32,000 nucleotides of DNA from Thermofilum pendens Hrk 5 (GTDB lineage Archaea > Thermoproteota > Thermoprotei > Thermofilales > Thermofilaceae), in NCBI RefSeq assembly GCF_000015225.1, contig NC_008698.1:1440001-1472000 (forward strand), in the 5' to 3' direction. Numbering within the stretch: position 1 is the stretch's first letter; each line of letters begins with the position of its first letter. Positions 1 to 8,654 of this stretch are shown here, one piece after another. The position numbers and the translations under genes were made by a program. The notes beneath the pieces are model-generated. The model worked only from the letters and a program-made list of their open reading frames with translations. It ran no database searches and had not been told where the DNA came from.

Positions 1-592
1 CGACCACCCTCCTGGTATAGAGCGCTTCCAGCATATATAGCGTGTGCAGGGCCGTCAGGTAGGTCAGGCTCTTCGAGAGGGCTACAAGCCTCCTCGCCCT
101 CCGGCCCCCGAGGTTAACGCCGTAGAGCTCGCCGAGTTGCCTCAGCGTTAGGCTAGCGGTGTAAGCCAGCTTGTACGCCAGGGCCAGCTCCGCGGCGAGC
201 CCCGGGCTCAGCCTGCCTACGAGCCTCAAAAGGTCCGCCACGCTCACCGCGGAGAAGGCGGTGTAGGAGAGGAGGACGACCGAGAGGTGTCTCGCCAGCG
301 TGGAGGCGGCGTAGAGGGGGTCGAAGAAGCCCAGCAGTAGCTGGGCGGCCGTAGAAGAGACGGCGTAGAAGCCGAGGAAGGGCGCGGAGAGCAGTATCGC
401 CGCGGCCGTTCTGCGCGCGCCGGCGACGGTCAAGGAGAGGAGCGCTGAAGCCGCGAGCACCAGGGGTAGCGAGGCGGCTGGGGCTAGGAGCGCGGCCAGA
501 GACCCCGAGAAAGCAGCGGCTAGGGCTACGGCTGGGCTAAGCCTGACCCTGCCCGCGCCGGGCGCGGTTACCTCACAGAGCAACCTACTCAA
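1..592 (-). CDS. ECF transporter transmembrane (T) component, CbiQ/EcfT-like; the C-terminal part runs off the window
   Basis: Hand translation of the minus strand from TTG 592 (or TTG 583) is open all the way to position 1. The product is Ala/Leu-rich and hydrophobic (..LSAPFLGFYAVSSTAAQLLLGFFDPLYAASTLARHLSVVLLSYTAFSAVSVADLLRLVGRLSPGLAAELALAYKLAYT..). The start overlaps the stop (585-587) of the upstream ABC ATPase. Gene order is S component, ATPase, T component. It is absent from the ORF track because it is open-ended. Confidence 0.6.
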   Translation of the reverse strand, partial: MSRLLCEVTAPGAGRVRLSPAVALAAAFSGSLAALLAPAASLPLVLAASALLSLTVAGARRTAAAILLSAPFLGFYAVSSTAAQLLLGFFDPLYAASTLARHLSVVLLSYTAFSAVSVADLLRLVGRLSPGLAAELALAYKLAYTASLTLRQLGELYGVNLGGRRARRLVALSKSLTYLTALHTLYMLEALYTRRVV

Positions 593-1847
593 CTTCCTCA
601 AGGACGCCTCCCCTGAGCTCCAGCACCCTGTCCAGTAGGCTCGCGAACGCGAGGTCGTGCGTAGCGACAACCACGCTGGAACCCCTAGAGGCGAACTCCT
701 CCAGCATTTCGAGCAAGGCCCGCTTGGATGGCGCGTCGAGCCCAAGGGTCGGCTCATCGAGGAGGAGCGTCTCCGCGCGGGAGACGTACGCTAGCGCGAG
801 CGAGAGCCTCCGCGACTCCCCGGCGCTGAGCTCGTAGGGGTTCCTGCCGCCGAGCCTCTCGAGGTCGAAGAGCTCCAACACTTCGCCGACGTCGCCCCTA
901 AACCCCCAGGCCTCCGCGAAGAGCTCGACCTCCTCCTCGACGCTGGCGGAGGAGTACCAGTAGAGCGGCGCGGCGGGTACGAGGAAGACTGGCTTCTCGA
1001 CGAGCAGAGTGCCGGCTGAGGGCTTCAGGATGCCTGCCAGTATCTTCAGCAACGTCGTCTTGCCGGAGCCGTTCCTACCCGTCACGGCGACGCACTCCCC
1101 CTCCCGCACCCTCAGCGAGGCACCGCGGAGCACGGGCCTCCCCCTCTCGTAGGCGTAGGCGAGCTTGTCCGCGTAGACCTTTACCCTCGCCCCGGCCCTG
1201 CCGGCAACCCTCGCGGGCGGCGTTGCGCCGGCACGCGCGTCGCCGAGTGTTATCACCCTGCTGGCATAGCTCTTCACGAGGTCCACTCTGTGCTCTACGA
1301 GTAGCGTGGTTAGGCCTCTCTCCTCGCCGAGCTCCGAGAGTGTTTCCAGAACCTCGCCGAGGCCCCACGGGTCGACGCGGGCTGTAGGCTCGTCTAGGAG
1401 TAACAACTTGGCGCCGCCGGAGAGGGCGGTCGCCGCCAGGAGCCTGTAGAGCTCACCGTCGGAGAGCTCGTCGATCCTGCGCGACGGGTACCGGAGCAGG
1501 TGCTCCGCGAAGCCCGCTACGCCACCGGCGAGGGCGACCTCCTCGCCTACCGTTACCCCGAGGAAGTAGTAGTGGGGGTCCTGGGGTACGTAGGCGACTA
1601 GCCCCCTCCCGGCTGCCTCCAGCGGGTCGAGGCCGTACACCTTCACGCTACCCGTAACCCTGTAGGAGTCGTAGAGCCCGGGTATCACCCCAGCGAGGAC
1701 TTTGAGGAGCGTCGTCTTTCCGCTACCGGTAGGCCCCGTTACTACGGCGAGCTCCCCCTCCTCCACCTCGAAGCTCAAGCCCTCGAGTATACTCTTACCC
1801 CCCACGGACACGGATAGCCCTTCAACGCTCACAGCCCTACCCGACAC
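585..1847 (-). CDS. Fused double-NBD ABC ATPase (ECF-type EcfA-EcfA'/CbiO-like)
   Basis: Two complete nucleotide-binding cassettes are present: Walker A GPTGSGKTT and GRNGSGKTT, signatures LSDGE and LSAGE, and Walker B LLLDEP twice. It overlaps the bioY-like gene by 11 nt at its 5' end. Confidence 0.85.
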   Translation of the reverse strand: MSGRAVSVEGLSVSVGGKSILEGLSFEVEEGELAVVTGPTGSGKTTLLKVLAGVIPGLYDSYRVTGSVKVYGLDPLEAAGRGLVAYVPQDPHYYFLGVTVGEEVALAGGVAGFAEHLLRYPSRRIDELSDGELYRLLAATALSGGAKLLLLDEPTARVDPWGLGEVLETLSELGEERGLTTLLVEHRVDLVKSYASRVITLGDARAGATPPARVAGRAGARVKVYADKLAYAYERGRPVLRGASLRVREGECVAVTGRNGSGKTTLLKILAGILKPSAGTLLVEKPVFLVPAAPLYWYSSASVEEEVELFAEAWGFRGDVGEVLELFDLERLGGRNPYELSAGESRRLSLALAYVSRAETLLLDEPTLGLDAPSKRALLEMLEEFASRGSSVVVATHDLAFASLLDRVLELRGGVLEEVE

Positions 1848-2499
1848 GTATACCCCTCGCCTTCAAGAGCCTCGCGACCTCCCTGGCGGCGAGCACGGCT
1901 ACCACGTGGTCCATCAACAAGTCCTGCGGCACAAAGACAGCGACCGAGGCTACGAACAGCACGAGCCAGCCAGGCGCGCCGCCGAGCCCCAGCCAGCCCG
2001 CCACGCCGGAGGCCCACGCGTACAGCTTGGATCCCGGCACAGCGTAGAGCGAGAAGACTAGGAAGCCCAGCAGGTACGTTGGCGTGACGGCGACTGCGGA
2101 GAGAGCAAGGAGGACTAGTAGGTCCCGGCGGTTCGCGGAGTCCAACCCCCTACCCCTGAGGTAGAGCCTTGAGAGTACGGACATGAGGAAAGCCGACGGC
2201 ACAAAGCCCAGGAGGTAGCCGCCCGTATACCCGAGCAGGACCGCTAGGCCTCCCCTAAGCCCCGCCGCTACAGGGGCCCCGAGAGCTATGAGTAGAAGGT
2301 AGACGAGCATGGAGGTAGCCGCGTCCGCCGGGTCTAGGAGTAGCCCTGCAAGCACGACCCCCGCGTTCTGCATAGTGTACGGTACGGGGCCGACCTTGAA
2401 GCTCACCTGGGCAAAGGCACACATGAGAGCCGCGGCGAGCGCGACGAGCCCCATCCTGGTGTACCTAGCACGTACAGCCGGAACGCTTGCCGTGCCCAT
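1837..2499 (-). CDS. bioY: BioY-family biotin ECF transporter substrate-specific (S) component
   Basis: Polytopic membrane protein carrying the BioY-type motif GPVPYTMQNAGVVLAGLLL and GGLAVLLGYTGGYLLGF. It is the first gene of a BioY-ATPase-T operon. Confidence 0.8.
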   Translation of the reverse strand: MGTASVPAVRARYTRMGLVALAAALMCAFAQVSFKVGPVPYTMQNAGVVLAGLLLDPADAATSMLVYLLLIALGAPVAAGLRGGLAVLLGYTGGYLLGFVPSAFLMSVLSRLYLRGRGLDSANRRDLLVLLALSAVAVTPTYLLGFLVFSLYAVPGSKLYAWASGVAGWLGLGGAPGWLVLFVASVAVFVPQDLLMDHVVAVLAAREVARLLKARGIRVG

Positions 2500-2502
2500 T
2501 GT

Positions 2503-2560
2503 GAAACAGTTTCTAAGGCCTCTCTAATAAATCTCTCCAAAACATATGGAAACTGTTTCC
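2503..2560. promoter_or_regulatory. Two copies of the palindrome GAAAC-N-GTTTC bracketing a TATA-like box in the bioY/mscS divergent intergenic region
   Basis: GAAACAGTTTC lies at 2503-2513 and GGAAACTGTTTCC at 2548-2560. The 11-mers are exact reverse complements of each other. TAATAAAT at 2525-2532 lies between them, about 28 bp upstream of the bioY ATG (2499). Confidence 0.4.
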
Positions 2561-2591
2561 AAAAGCTCGTACGACGACGGTACTACGGTCA

Positions 2592-3239
2592 ATGGTGTCG
2601 GATCACGTTATTGAAGCCTACTGGAAGGTTTTAGCTGTGAGTAGCGTAGCTACCAACGTGAGGAAGAGTCTCCAAAAGCTAGCTTTGTGGATCGTTACCT
2701 ACGTGGTTGTAACTGCAACTGTGTTCACCGCTGTACCGTACTTCTTCCCCCTAGCTAAGCCCGTCATAGACGCCTACGCTACCTACATATCGATAGGACT
2801 CAGCCTGTTCTTCGGCTACATGATAATCAGGGCCTTCGCGGACACTGTTTACTGGACGCTCCGCGCGAAGTACCCCCACCCAACCGCGGCCGCTGTTAGG
2901 AGCCTCTTCACCATACTGGGTATAGGCGCGCTACTGGCCGGCATAGCCGGCGGGACAGCGGGTGGGGCGGCAGGCGTCGCTCTCGGAGGCTTCATCGGGA
3001 TGGTGGTAGGATTCGCCTCGCAGCAAGTCCTGGGGCAGGCCCTCGCCGGCCTCTTCACGCTGATAGTAAGGCCCATAAGGATAGGCGACAGGGTTAACGT
3101 GGCCGGGGAGGAGGGAGTAGTCGAGGACATATCCACCCTCTTCACGGTTATAAGGAAGAGCGACGGGAGCCTCGCGCTCATCCCCAATAACATGGTTATA
3201 GGGTCGAAGATCTACGTGCTCCAAAGGGCGGAGGCCTAG
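2592..3239 (+). CDS. Small-conductance mechanosensitive channel, MscS family (short form)
   Basis: N-terminal TM helices are followed by a Gly/Ala-rich pore-like helix (GGFIGMVVGFASQQVLGQALAGLF) and the MscS beta-domain motif GDRVNVAGEEGVVEDISTLFTVIRKSDGSLALIPNN. Confidence 0.75.
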   Translation: MVSDHVIEAYWKVLAVSSVATNVRKSLQKLALWIVTYVVVTATVFTAVPYFFPLAKPVIDAYATYISIGLSLFFGYMIIRAFADTVYWTLRAKYPHPTAAAVRSLFTILGIGALLAGIAGGTAGGAAGVALGGFIGMVVGFASQQVLGQALAGLFTLIVRPIRIGDRVNVAGEEGVVEDISTLFTVIRKSDGSLALIPNNMVIGSKIYVLQRAEA

Positions 3240-3269
3240 CCAGCGCCCAGGTACGCGAATAGAGAAAGT

Positions 3270-3303
3270 AGGCCCCGAAGGCCTGCCGGGAAAAACCTTT
3301 TTT
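3270..3303. terminator. Putative bidirectional terminator between convergent genes
   Basis: Hairpin aGGCC-ccgaa-GGCCt (3270-3284) is followed by A5 (3291-3295) and T6 (3298-3303), which gives a T-run on each strand. Confidence 0.35.
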
Positions 3304-3325
3304 AAAGCTCGACGTGCCAGTACGG

Positions 3326-4012
3326 TTACGGGTACTCCACGTAGTCTCCAGGCTTTAGGACTACGACCTTGGTGCGCGTTGTCGCCTCGACTAGCTCCTT
3401 GAACTTTTCGGGGTCTGCCCTTATCTCGGGGAAGGTGTTGTAGTGCATCGGTATCGCCAGCCTCGGTCTTAGCAACTCGACGGCTTTCAGCGCCTCAACT
3501 ACGCCCATCGTGAAGTGCCCGCCTATCGGTAGAAGCGCTACGTCGGGCGCGTAGAGCTCCCCGATCAGCCGCATGTCCCCGAAGAGCCCCGTGTCCCCGG
3601 CGTGGTACACCGCGGTATCCCTGCCGCGCACAACGACGCCCGTCGGTGCGCCCTTCGAAGAGCTGTGGAGAGCGGGCGTGAAGACAGCCTGGATGCCCTC
3701 CAGCGCCAGGGGCCCGCCTATGTTGGCGCCGACAGCCTGGACGCCCTCCTTGGACAGCTCCTCCGCCAGCTCGTACACCGCTACAACCTTGGCGCCCGTA
3801 GCCCTTGCTAGCTCCACCGCGTTGCCCAGGTGGTCTCCGTGGTCGTGCGTCACGAAGATGTAGTCGACCCTCGCTCCCCTATAGTCGGAGGGCTTCACCG
3901 GGCTGAGGGGGTTCTCGAGCCAGGGGTCAAGCAGGATCCTCCTCTTCCTCCCGTCGAACCCCTCGAGCTCGACGTCGAAGGCCGCGTGCCCAAGGTACCT
4001 GAGCCTCGCCAC
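3326..4012 (-). CDS. Metal-dependent hydrolase, metallo-beta-lactamase fold (UPF0173-like)
   Basis: Motifs YLGHAAF, ILLDPW and VTHDHGDHLG (HxHxDH). The ORF track starts at TTG 4039. I prefer in-frame GTG 4012, about 28 bp downstream of an A/T-rich box, giving VARLRYLGHAAF as the N-terminus. Confidence 0.85.
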   Translation of the reverse strand: MARLRYLGHAAFDVELEGFDGRKRRILLDPWLENPLSPVKPSDYRGARVDYIFVTHDHGDHLGNAVELARATGAKVVAVYELAEELSKEGVQAVGANIGGPLALEGIQAVFTPALHSSSKGAPTGVVVRGRDTAVYHAGDTGLFGDMRLIGELYAPDVALLPIGGHFTMGVVEALKAVELLRPRLAIPMHYNTFPEIRADPEKFKELVEATTRTKVVVLKPGDYVEYP

Positions 4013-4088
4013 GCCTCCTAAACCTCCGCAGACCCGCAAAAACTTTGCGCAACGGTAGGGACAAATACGGGCTCCGCGTTACCTACAC

Positions 4089-6227
4089 GTGTCTAGCCTG
4101 CTACGCGCGCCAAGGGGGCTTGTGAGGGGAAGGGGCCCTGGGCTCTCGCTCGAGGAAAAGGCTAGCCTCGTCGTCGGCTGGGGCTCTTCCAGGCGCCTAC
4201 CGGGAGCCGCCGGGGAGACGCGGCCCGTCAGGGTACCGTCCATAGTGACTGCCGACGGCCCCTCTGGGCTCAGGGTTGAGCCTAGCGGGGGGCGCAGGTG
4301 GTTTGCGACAGCCTTCCCGGTGCCGACAATGCTGGCTGCGACGTGGAACCCCGAGGTCGTGGAGAGGGTGGGCAGGGCTATAGGAGAGGAGTGCAGGGCT
4401 TACGGCGTGGACGTGCTCTTGGCTCCCGGGGTGAACATGCACAGGCACCCGCTGTGCGGCAGGAACTTCGAGTACTTCAGCGAAGACCCTCTTCTCAGCG
4501 GGGAGATGGCGGCCGCGTACGTTAGGGGCGTGCAGTCCGTGGGCGTCGGTGCGACGTTGAAGCACTTCGCGGCTAACGACCAGGAGACTAACAGGACGGT
4601 TATAGACACCGTGGTCTCCGAGAGGGCTCTCCGCGAGATCTACCTCAAGCCCTTCGAGATAGCGGTGAAGAAGGCTAAGCCGTGGTGCGTGATGAGCTCC
4701 TACAACAAGCTCAACGGGAAGTACTCCTCCCAGAACGAGTGGCTCCTAACCAGGGTGCTCAGAGAGGAATGGGGGTTCGACGGGGTAGTGATGACGGACT
4801 GGGGGGCCGGGGACGACTCGGTGGAGCAGGTCAACGCTGGGAACGACCTGATAATGCCCGGGAGCGACGAGGCCGTCGAGAAGCTCTTGGAGGCCGCTAG
4901 GAGCGGCAGGCTGCGGCTAGAGGCTCTCGAAGCCTCCGCGGAGAGGGTTCTCAGGCTTGTGAGGAAGTCGCTAACGTACAGGGGCTACAGGCCTAGAGGC
5001 GCGCCGGACCTAGATGGGCACGCTAGGGTAGCCTACGAGGCGGCATCCGAGGGGGTCGTGCTCCTCAAGAACGAGGGAGCGCTACCCCTGGGCCCCGGCG
5101 CCAGGGTGGCTTTATTCGGGACGGGGCAGGTTGAGACGCTGAAGGGCGGGATGGGGAGTGGTCACACGCACCCGAGGTACGTGGTCACGGTACTGGAGGG
5201 GTTGAAGAGCGGGGGGTTGCTGGTCGACGAGGAGCTCTCCTCGATCTACGAGCGCTACGTGCGCGAAGCGAGGGGGGAGGAGTTCCTCGAGAAGCTCTAC
5301 CTCGACGAGGTGTACGCGGACCCGCTACCCCAGGACATCGTCAGCGAGGGCGACGCGGCTAGGTTCGCCGAGAGGAACGACGCGGCGGTGGTCGTGCTCT
5401 ACAGGGTCTCCGGGGAGGGGTGGGACAGGCGCCCGGTTAGGGGCGACTTCTACCTCACGGAGAGCGAGGAAAGGTTGCTGAGGCTCGTATCGCGGGAGTT
5501 CCGCGGGCGGGGTAAGAAGGTGGTAGTCGTGCTCAACGTGTGCGGCCCAATCGAGGTTGCGAGCTGGAGGGACCTCGTCGACGCGATCCTCGTAGTCTGG
5601 CTACCGGGGCAGGAGGCCGGCAGGGTGGTAGCAGACGTGCTGGCAGGCAGAGTAAACCCGTCCGGGAAGCTCCCTATGACGTGGCCGCGGGACTGGACGG
5701 ACGTCCCGGCGGCGAAGGCGCCCGAGTGCTACCCGGGGCTACCCGTGGAGGATCCCCGCAGAGTCGTGTACTGCGAGGGGGTCTACGTCGGCTACCGCTA
5801 CTACGATACCTTCGGCGTGGAGCCAGCCTACGAGTTCGGGTACGGGCTCAGCTACACGAAGTTCGAGTACAGGGGTCTCCGCGTCGCCTTGTCGCGCGGA
5901 GCCCTCAAGGTGTCCTTCGAAGTCGTGAACGCTGGGAGCCGCCCGGGCAAGGAGGTAGCGCAGGTCTACGTGCGGGCCCCTCGGGGCAGGATCGACAAGC
6001 CGTTCCAAGAGCTGAAGGCATTCAGGAAGACGAGGCTACTGGAACCCGGGGAGGCGGAGAGGATAAAGCTGAGGGTTAGCCTGAGGGACCTAGCCAGCTT
6101 CGACGAGCGCGAGAAGGTATGGGTAGTCGAGCCGGGCGAGTACGAAGTCAGAGTGGGCTCGTCTTCGAGGGACATCAGGCTTACTGAGCACTTCGAGGTA
6201 AAGCAGGAGCTGAGATTCGCGCCCTGA
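4089..6227 (+). CDS. Glycoside hydrolase family 3 beta-glucosidase/beta-xylosidase-like enzyme
   Basis: GH3 motifs KHFAANDQETNR and GVVMTDWG (nucleophile Asp context), plus an N-terminal LSLEEKASLV. The 712-aa length and the C-terminal GYGLSYTKFEY beta-sandwich region fit three-domain GH3 enzymes. Confidence 0.9.
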   Translation: MSSLLRAPRGLVRGRGPGLSLEEKASLVVGWGSSRRLPGAAGETRPVRVPSIVTADGPSGLRVEPSGGRRWFATAFPVPTMLAATWNPEVVERVGRAIGEECRAYGVDVLLAPGVNMHRHPLCGRNFEYFSEDPLLSGEMAAAYVRGVQSVGVGATLKHFAANDQETNRTVIDTVVSERALREIYLKPFEIAVKKAKPWCVMSSYNKLNGKYSSQNEWLLTRVLREEWGFDGVVMTDWGAGDDSVEQVNAGNDLIMPGSDEAVEKLLEAARSGRLRLEALEASAERVLRLVRKSLTYRGYRPRGAPDLDGHARVAYEAASEGVVLLKNEGALPLGPGARVALFGTGQVETLKGGMGSGHTHPRYVVTVLEGLKSGGLLVDEELSSIYERYVREARGEEFLEKLYLDEVYADPLPQDIVSEGDAARFAERNDAAVVVLYRVSGEGWDRRPVRGDFYLTESEERLLRLVSREFRGRGKKVVVVLNVCGPIEVASWRDLVDAILVVWLPGQEAGRVVADVLAGRVNPSGKLPMTWPRDWTDVPAAKAPECYPGLPVEDPRRVVYCEGVYVGYRYYDTFGVEPAYEFGYGLSYTKFEYRGLRVALSRGALKVSFEVVNAGSRPGKEVAQVYVRAPRGRIDKPFQELKAFRKTRLLEPGEAERIKLRVSLRDLASFDEREKVWVVEPGEYEVRVGSSSRDIRLTEHFEVKQELRFAP

Positions 6228-6253
6228 AAATCCCGGTAAAAGTCCTGGATACA

Positions 6254-6532
6254 CTAGTGCCCAGCAAGCATCTCTTCGATCCTCCTCGATGCGACTCTGT
6301 CAGCCTCCTCCTCCACTTCGCGCTCTATTTTCTCCAGGTTCACCCTCTTCTCCCTCACCTCCCTAGCTATCGCCTCCAGGATCTTCCTGGCGTCCAGCTT
6401 CCTCAGGGCTATGGTGTCGTCGCTCAGCTCAACGAGCAACAGCCTGCTACCCTCGGCTAGCCCCAGCCTCTCCCGAACCTCCTTGGGGATGACCACCCTG
6501 CCCTCCGCGTCCACCACTACTACTTTGGCCAT
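6254..6532 (-). CDS. AbrB/SpoVT (MazE/VapB-like) DNA-binding domain protein
   Basis: MAKVVVVDAEGRVVIPKEVRERLGLAEGSRL is a typical swapped-hairpin AbrB N-terminus. The C-terminal half is a charged helix. I chose ATG 6532 over the track start 6559 because the TATA-like ATATAAATAA (6561-6573, minus strand) abuts 6559. Confidence 0.75.
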   Translation of the reverse strand: MAKVVVVDAEGRVVIPKEVRERLGLAEGSRLLLVELSDDTIALRKLDARKILEAIAREVREKRVNLEKIEREVEEEADRVASRRIEEMLAGH

Positions 6533-6743
6533 CTTGCCCACAATTTTCACACGGCCCACGATTATTTATATTTGCCCTTCCTAAAGGAAGAGCCAGGCGT
6601 CCGTTTCCTTCAGCTTTCGCTTGCCGTTTTCTCTCCCTTCAGCCACACCTAGGAGCTTAACGCGCCTGGCTGTTCTCGCGCGCAGATAGGCTGGCCGGGA
6701 GGGTTCCACTACAATGACTTCCCGGTTTCGGTCCGAGTGTAGG

Positions 6744-7125
6744 CTAAGCTTGTCCCACGCGCTCTTTCACGATGCTCTCAAGCTCCTTGATTGTCTCCTC
6801 GACTTTCCCGAGCTCGTACTCAACGAACTCCTCGTCGCACAGCCCGTCGTAGAAGCAGTCTATGTGTAACCCCCTTCTCCCTGGCCATGAACCTATCTCT
6901 CAGCGTGTTGAGCCCCAGCTTCTTCAAGGCATCCCTCTTCTCCCTATAGGTCTTTGCTTCAACGCCGAGTGTTTTGAGAAATTCCTCGACAGCCTTGTTA
7001 ATGGCCAGCCAGCCCTTTTCAGCCGCCTGCCTAAGCTTCATGGAATCCCCGGTCTTCCTGTACTCGTCCAGCTCCCTCCGCGCCGCTTTAAGAGCCTTCC
7101 CAGAATCTTCGAACAATGCATTCAC
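6744..7125 (-). pseudogene. PaREP1-family (HEPN-clan-like) gene disrupted by a +1 frameshift in a homopolymer
   Basis: The track ORF 6820-7125 ends in an Arg-rich nonsense tail after FMAREKG. Removing one G from the coding-strand G5 run (plus-strand C5 at 6870-6874) gives FMAREKGLHIDCFYDGLCDEEFVEYELGKVEETIKELESIVKERVGQA* ending at 6744. This restores the LH..FY.G motif also seen in the intact paralog at 11562-12050 (SSMHVNFYEG). Confidence 0.6.
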
Positions 7126-7202
7126 TCAGCAAAGCCCCCTCGTCTAGTCCCAGGACTACTAGCTTTAAACTTTCGCGTAGAGCTGTGCTTTATGCTCTCC
7201 GG

Positions 7203-8516
7203 CTAGGCCGTCAAGGAGGCTTCTCTGTTAATCCTTCGCCAGTAGAGCGCGTAGAGCGGGTTAAGGCACCTGGAAGCCTTCACCTCCGCGGCTAGCCTCT
7301 CCTCGACTTCCGCCGCTTCGCGGAAAGCCTCCGCGGTTATCCTCCTGAGCTCCTCGGCGCCTACGAGCCCCTTGAGGTAGCCCGTCCTCGCCTCCATGGC
7401 TTTCTCGAAGTACTTCCTCTCCACCCTCTCCATCTCCCGCGCCACGACGCCGGCGTACCTGGAGTACCCGCAGAGGAGCTTCCTGCTGAGAAGCTCATGC
7501 TTCCACCAGTAGCTCGCGCCCCCGTCGAAGACGTGGGAAGGCTTAGGCCCGAGGTCCGGGAGCCCCGCCGAGAGGAAGACCGGCTTGTACGCGCTTATAC
7601 ACGGCGTCGAGGTCCCCGTGACGAACGCTACCGGCGCCTCCTCGTATAGCAGCGCTATCATGGAAGCCGCCGTCTGGGAAGGCCTCGTGAGGCCCCCGGC
7701 ATGCATGCATATATCCGCGTTGGACCCCCTCGACGGCTCGTACGGCTCCCTGGAGTGGCGCCTGAGGAGGCTCGCCACGAAGAAAAAGTCTATCTTCCCG
7801 ACAGCCTTCTCCAGCTCTCCCTGCGTGTACCTGTGCCTCTCCCTGCCCTTCGAGACCCTCGTGTAGAGGAAGTCGGAGAAGCACTCCCTGAAGTTCACCG
7901 GGGAGCGGCAACCCAGCCTCCTGGCGGCTTCCTCGAGCCCCGGCGAGGAGGAGTCCCACCTCTCGCCTATGGTGAGCGCGTTCGAAATCGACCTAACGCT
8001 CTCTACGCGCTCAGCGACCCACTCGCGTCCCACAGTCTCCAGCACCCACGCCTCCCGGGGATCCGCCACCAGGAAGGAGTTGTTGTAGAACATCTTCCTG
8101 AAGTAGCTACAGTTACCGCCCTGCCCGTACTCCTCGAGCAGGGAGGTTATCCACTTCAAGGCTTCCCGCGCAGTCCTAGACCTCTCGAGCGCGAGCCTCA
8201 CGAGATCCATGCCCGTCAGCCCCGTCTTCGAGTAGCCCCCGCGGGTAAACACAGCCTCGTTGCCAACCGCCACCCCGAACTCGTTGACGCCCATCTCCGC
8301 TCCCCACATCCAGAAAGGCCTCGATATGAGGACGGCGTAGGTCTCGTCTACCTGTTCAACCTCCACGTACGTAACGCGCACCCTTTCCTCCGTGTGCCGC
8401 ATCCTCGGGACGAACTCGAGCACCTGGGCCTCGTTCGGCTCGCGGTCACTGTTCTTCGCGAAGATCGTTACTCCGTCCCTCGTCGCCCCCCTCAGGGCAA
8501 CCAGAGTATCGCACAC
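7203..8516 (-). CDS. Peptidase C69 / secernin-like Ntn-hydrolase dipeptidase
   Basis: The N-terminus MCDTLVALRGATRDGVTIFAKNSDREPNEAQ has the nucleophile Cys2 directly after Met, which is characteristic of C69 Ntn hydrolases. Confidence 0.8.
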   Translation of the reverse strand: MCDTLVALRGATRDGVTIFAKNSDREPNEAQVLEFVPRMRHTEERVRVTYVEVEQVDETYAVLISRPFWMWGAEMGVNEFGVAVGNEAVFTRGGYSKTGLTGMDLVRLALERSRTAREALKWITSLLEEYGQGGNCSYFRKMFYNNSFLVADPREAWVLETVGREWVAERVESVRSISNALTIGERWDSSSPGLEEAARRLGCRSPVNFRECFSDFLYTRVSKGRERHRYTQGELEKAVGKIDFFFVASLLRRHSREPYEPSRGSNADICMHAGGLTRPSQTAASMIALLYEEAPVAFVTGTSTPCISAYKPVFLSAGLPDLGPKPSHVFDGGASYWWKHELLSRKLLCGYSRYAGVVAREMERVERKYFEKAMEARTGYLKGLVGAEELRRITAEAFREAAEVEERLAAEVKASRCLNPLYALYWRRINREASLTA

Positions 8517-8654
8517 AAAAGTAGAAGCCGCGGAAACCTAATATCTTTTTGCGTCGCATCAAGGTCGGCTTCGGTAGAAGACGCGCCGAGTAACGAGTCG
8601 TGAGGGAAGCTAGGCTTCGCGACAGGCAGGGCGCTTCTTCCGCACGAAAAGGAA

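Noticed and set aside
7701-8603. 300-aa plus-strand ORF antisense to the C69 peptidase gene
   Set aside because: It is almost entirely embedded opposite a gene with a clear family signature. Its translation is Arg/Pro/Gly/Leu-rich low-complexity sequence, typical of off-frame reading of high-GC coding DNA. No promoter-like signal is present.
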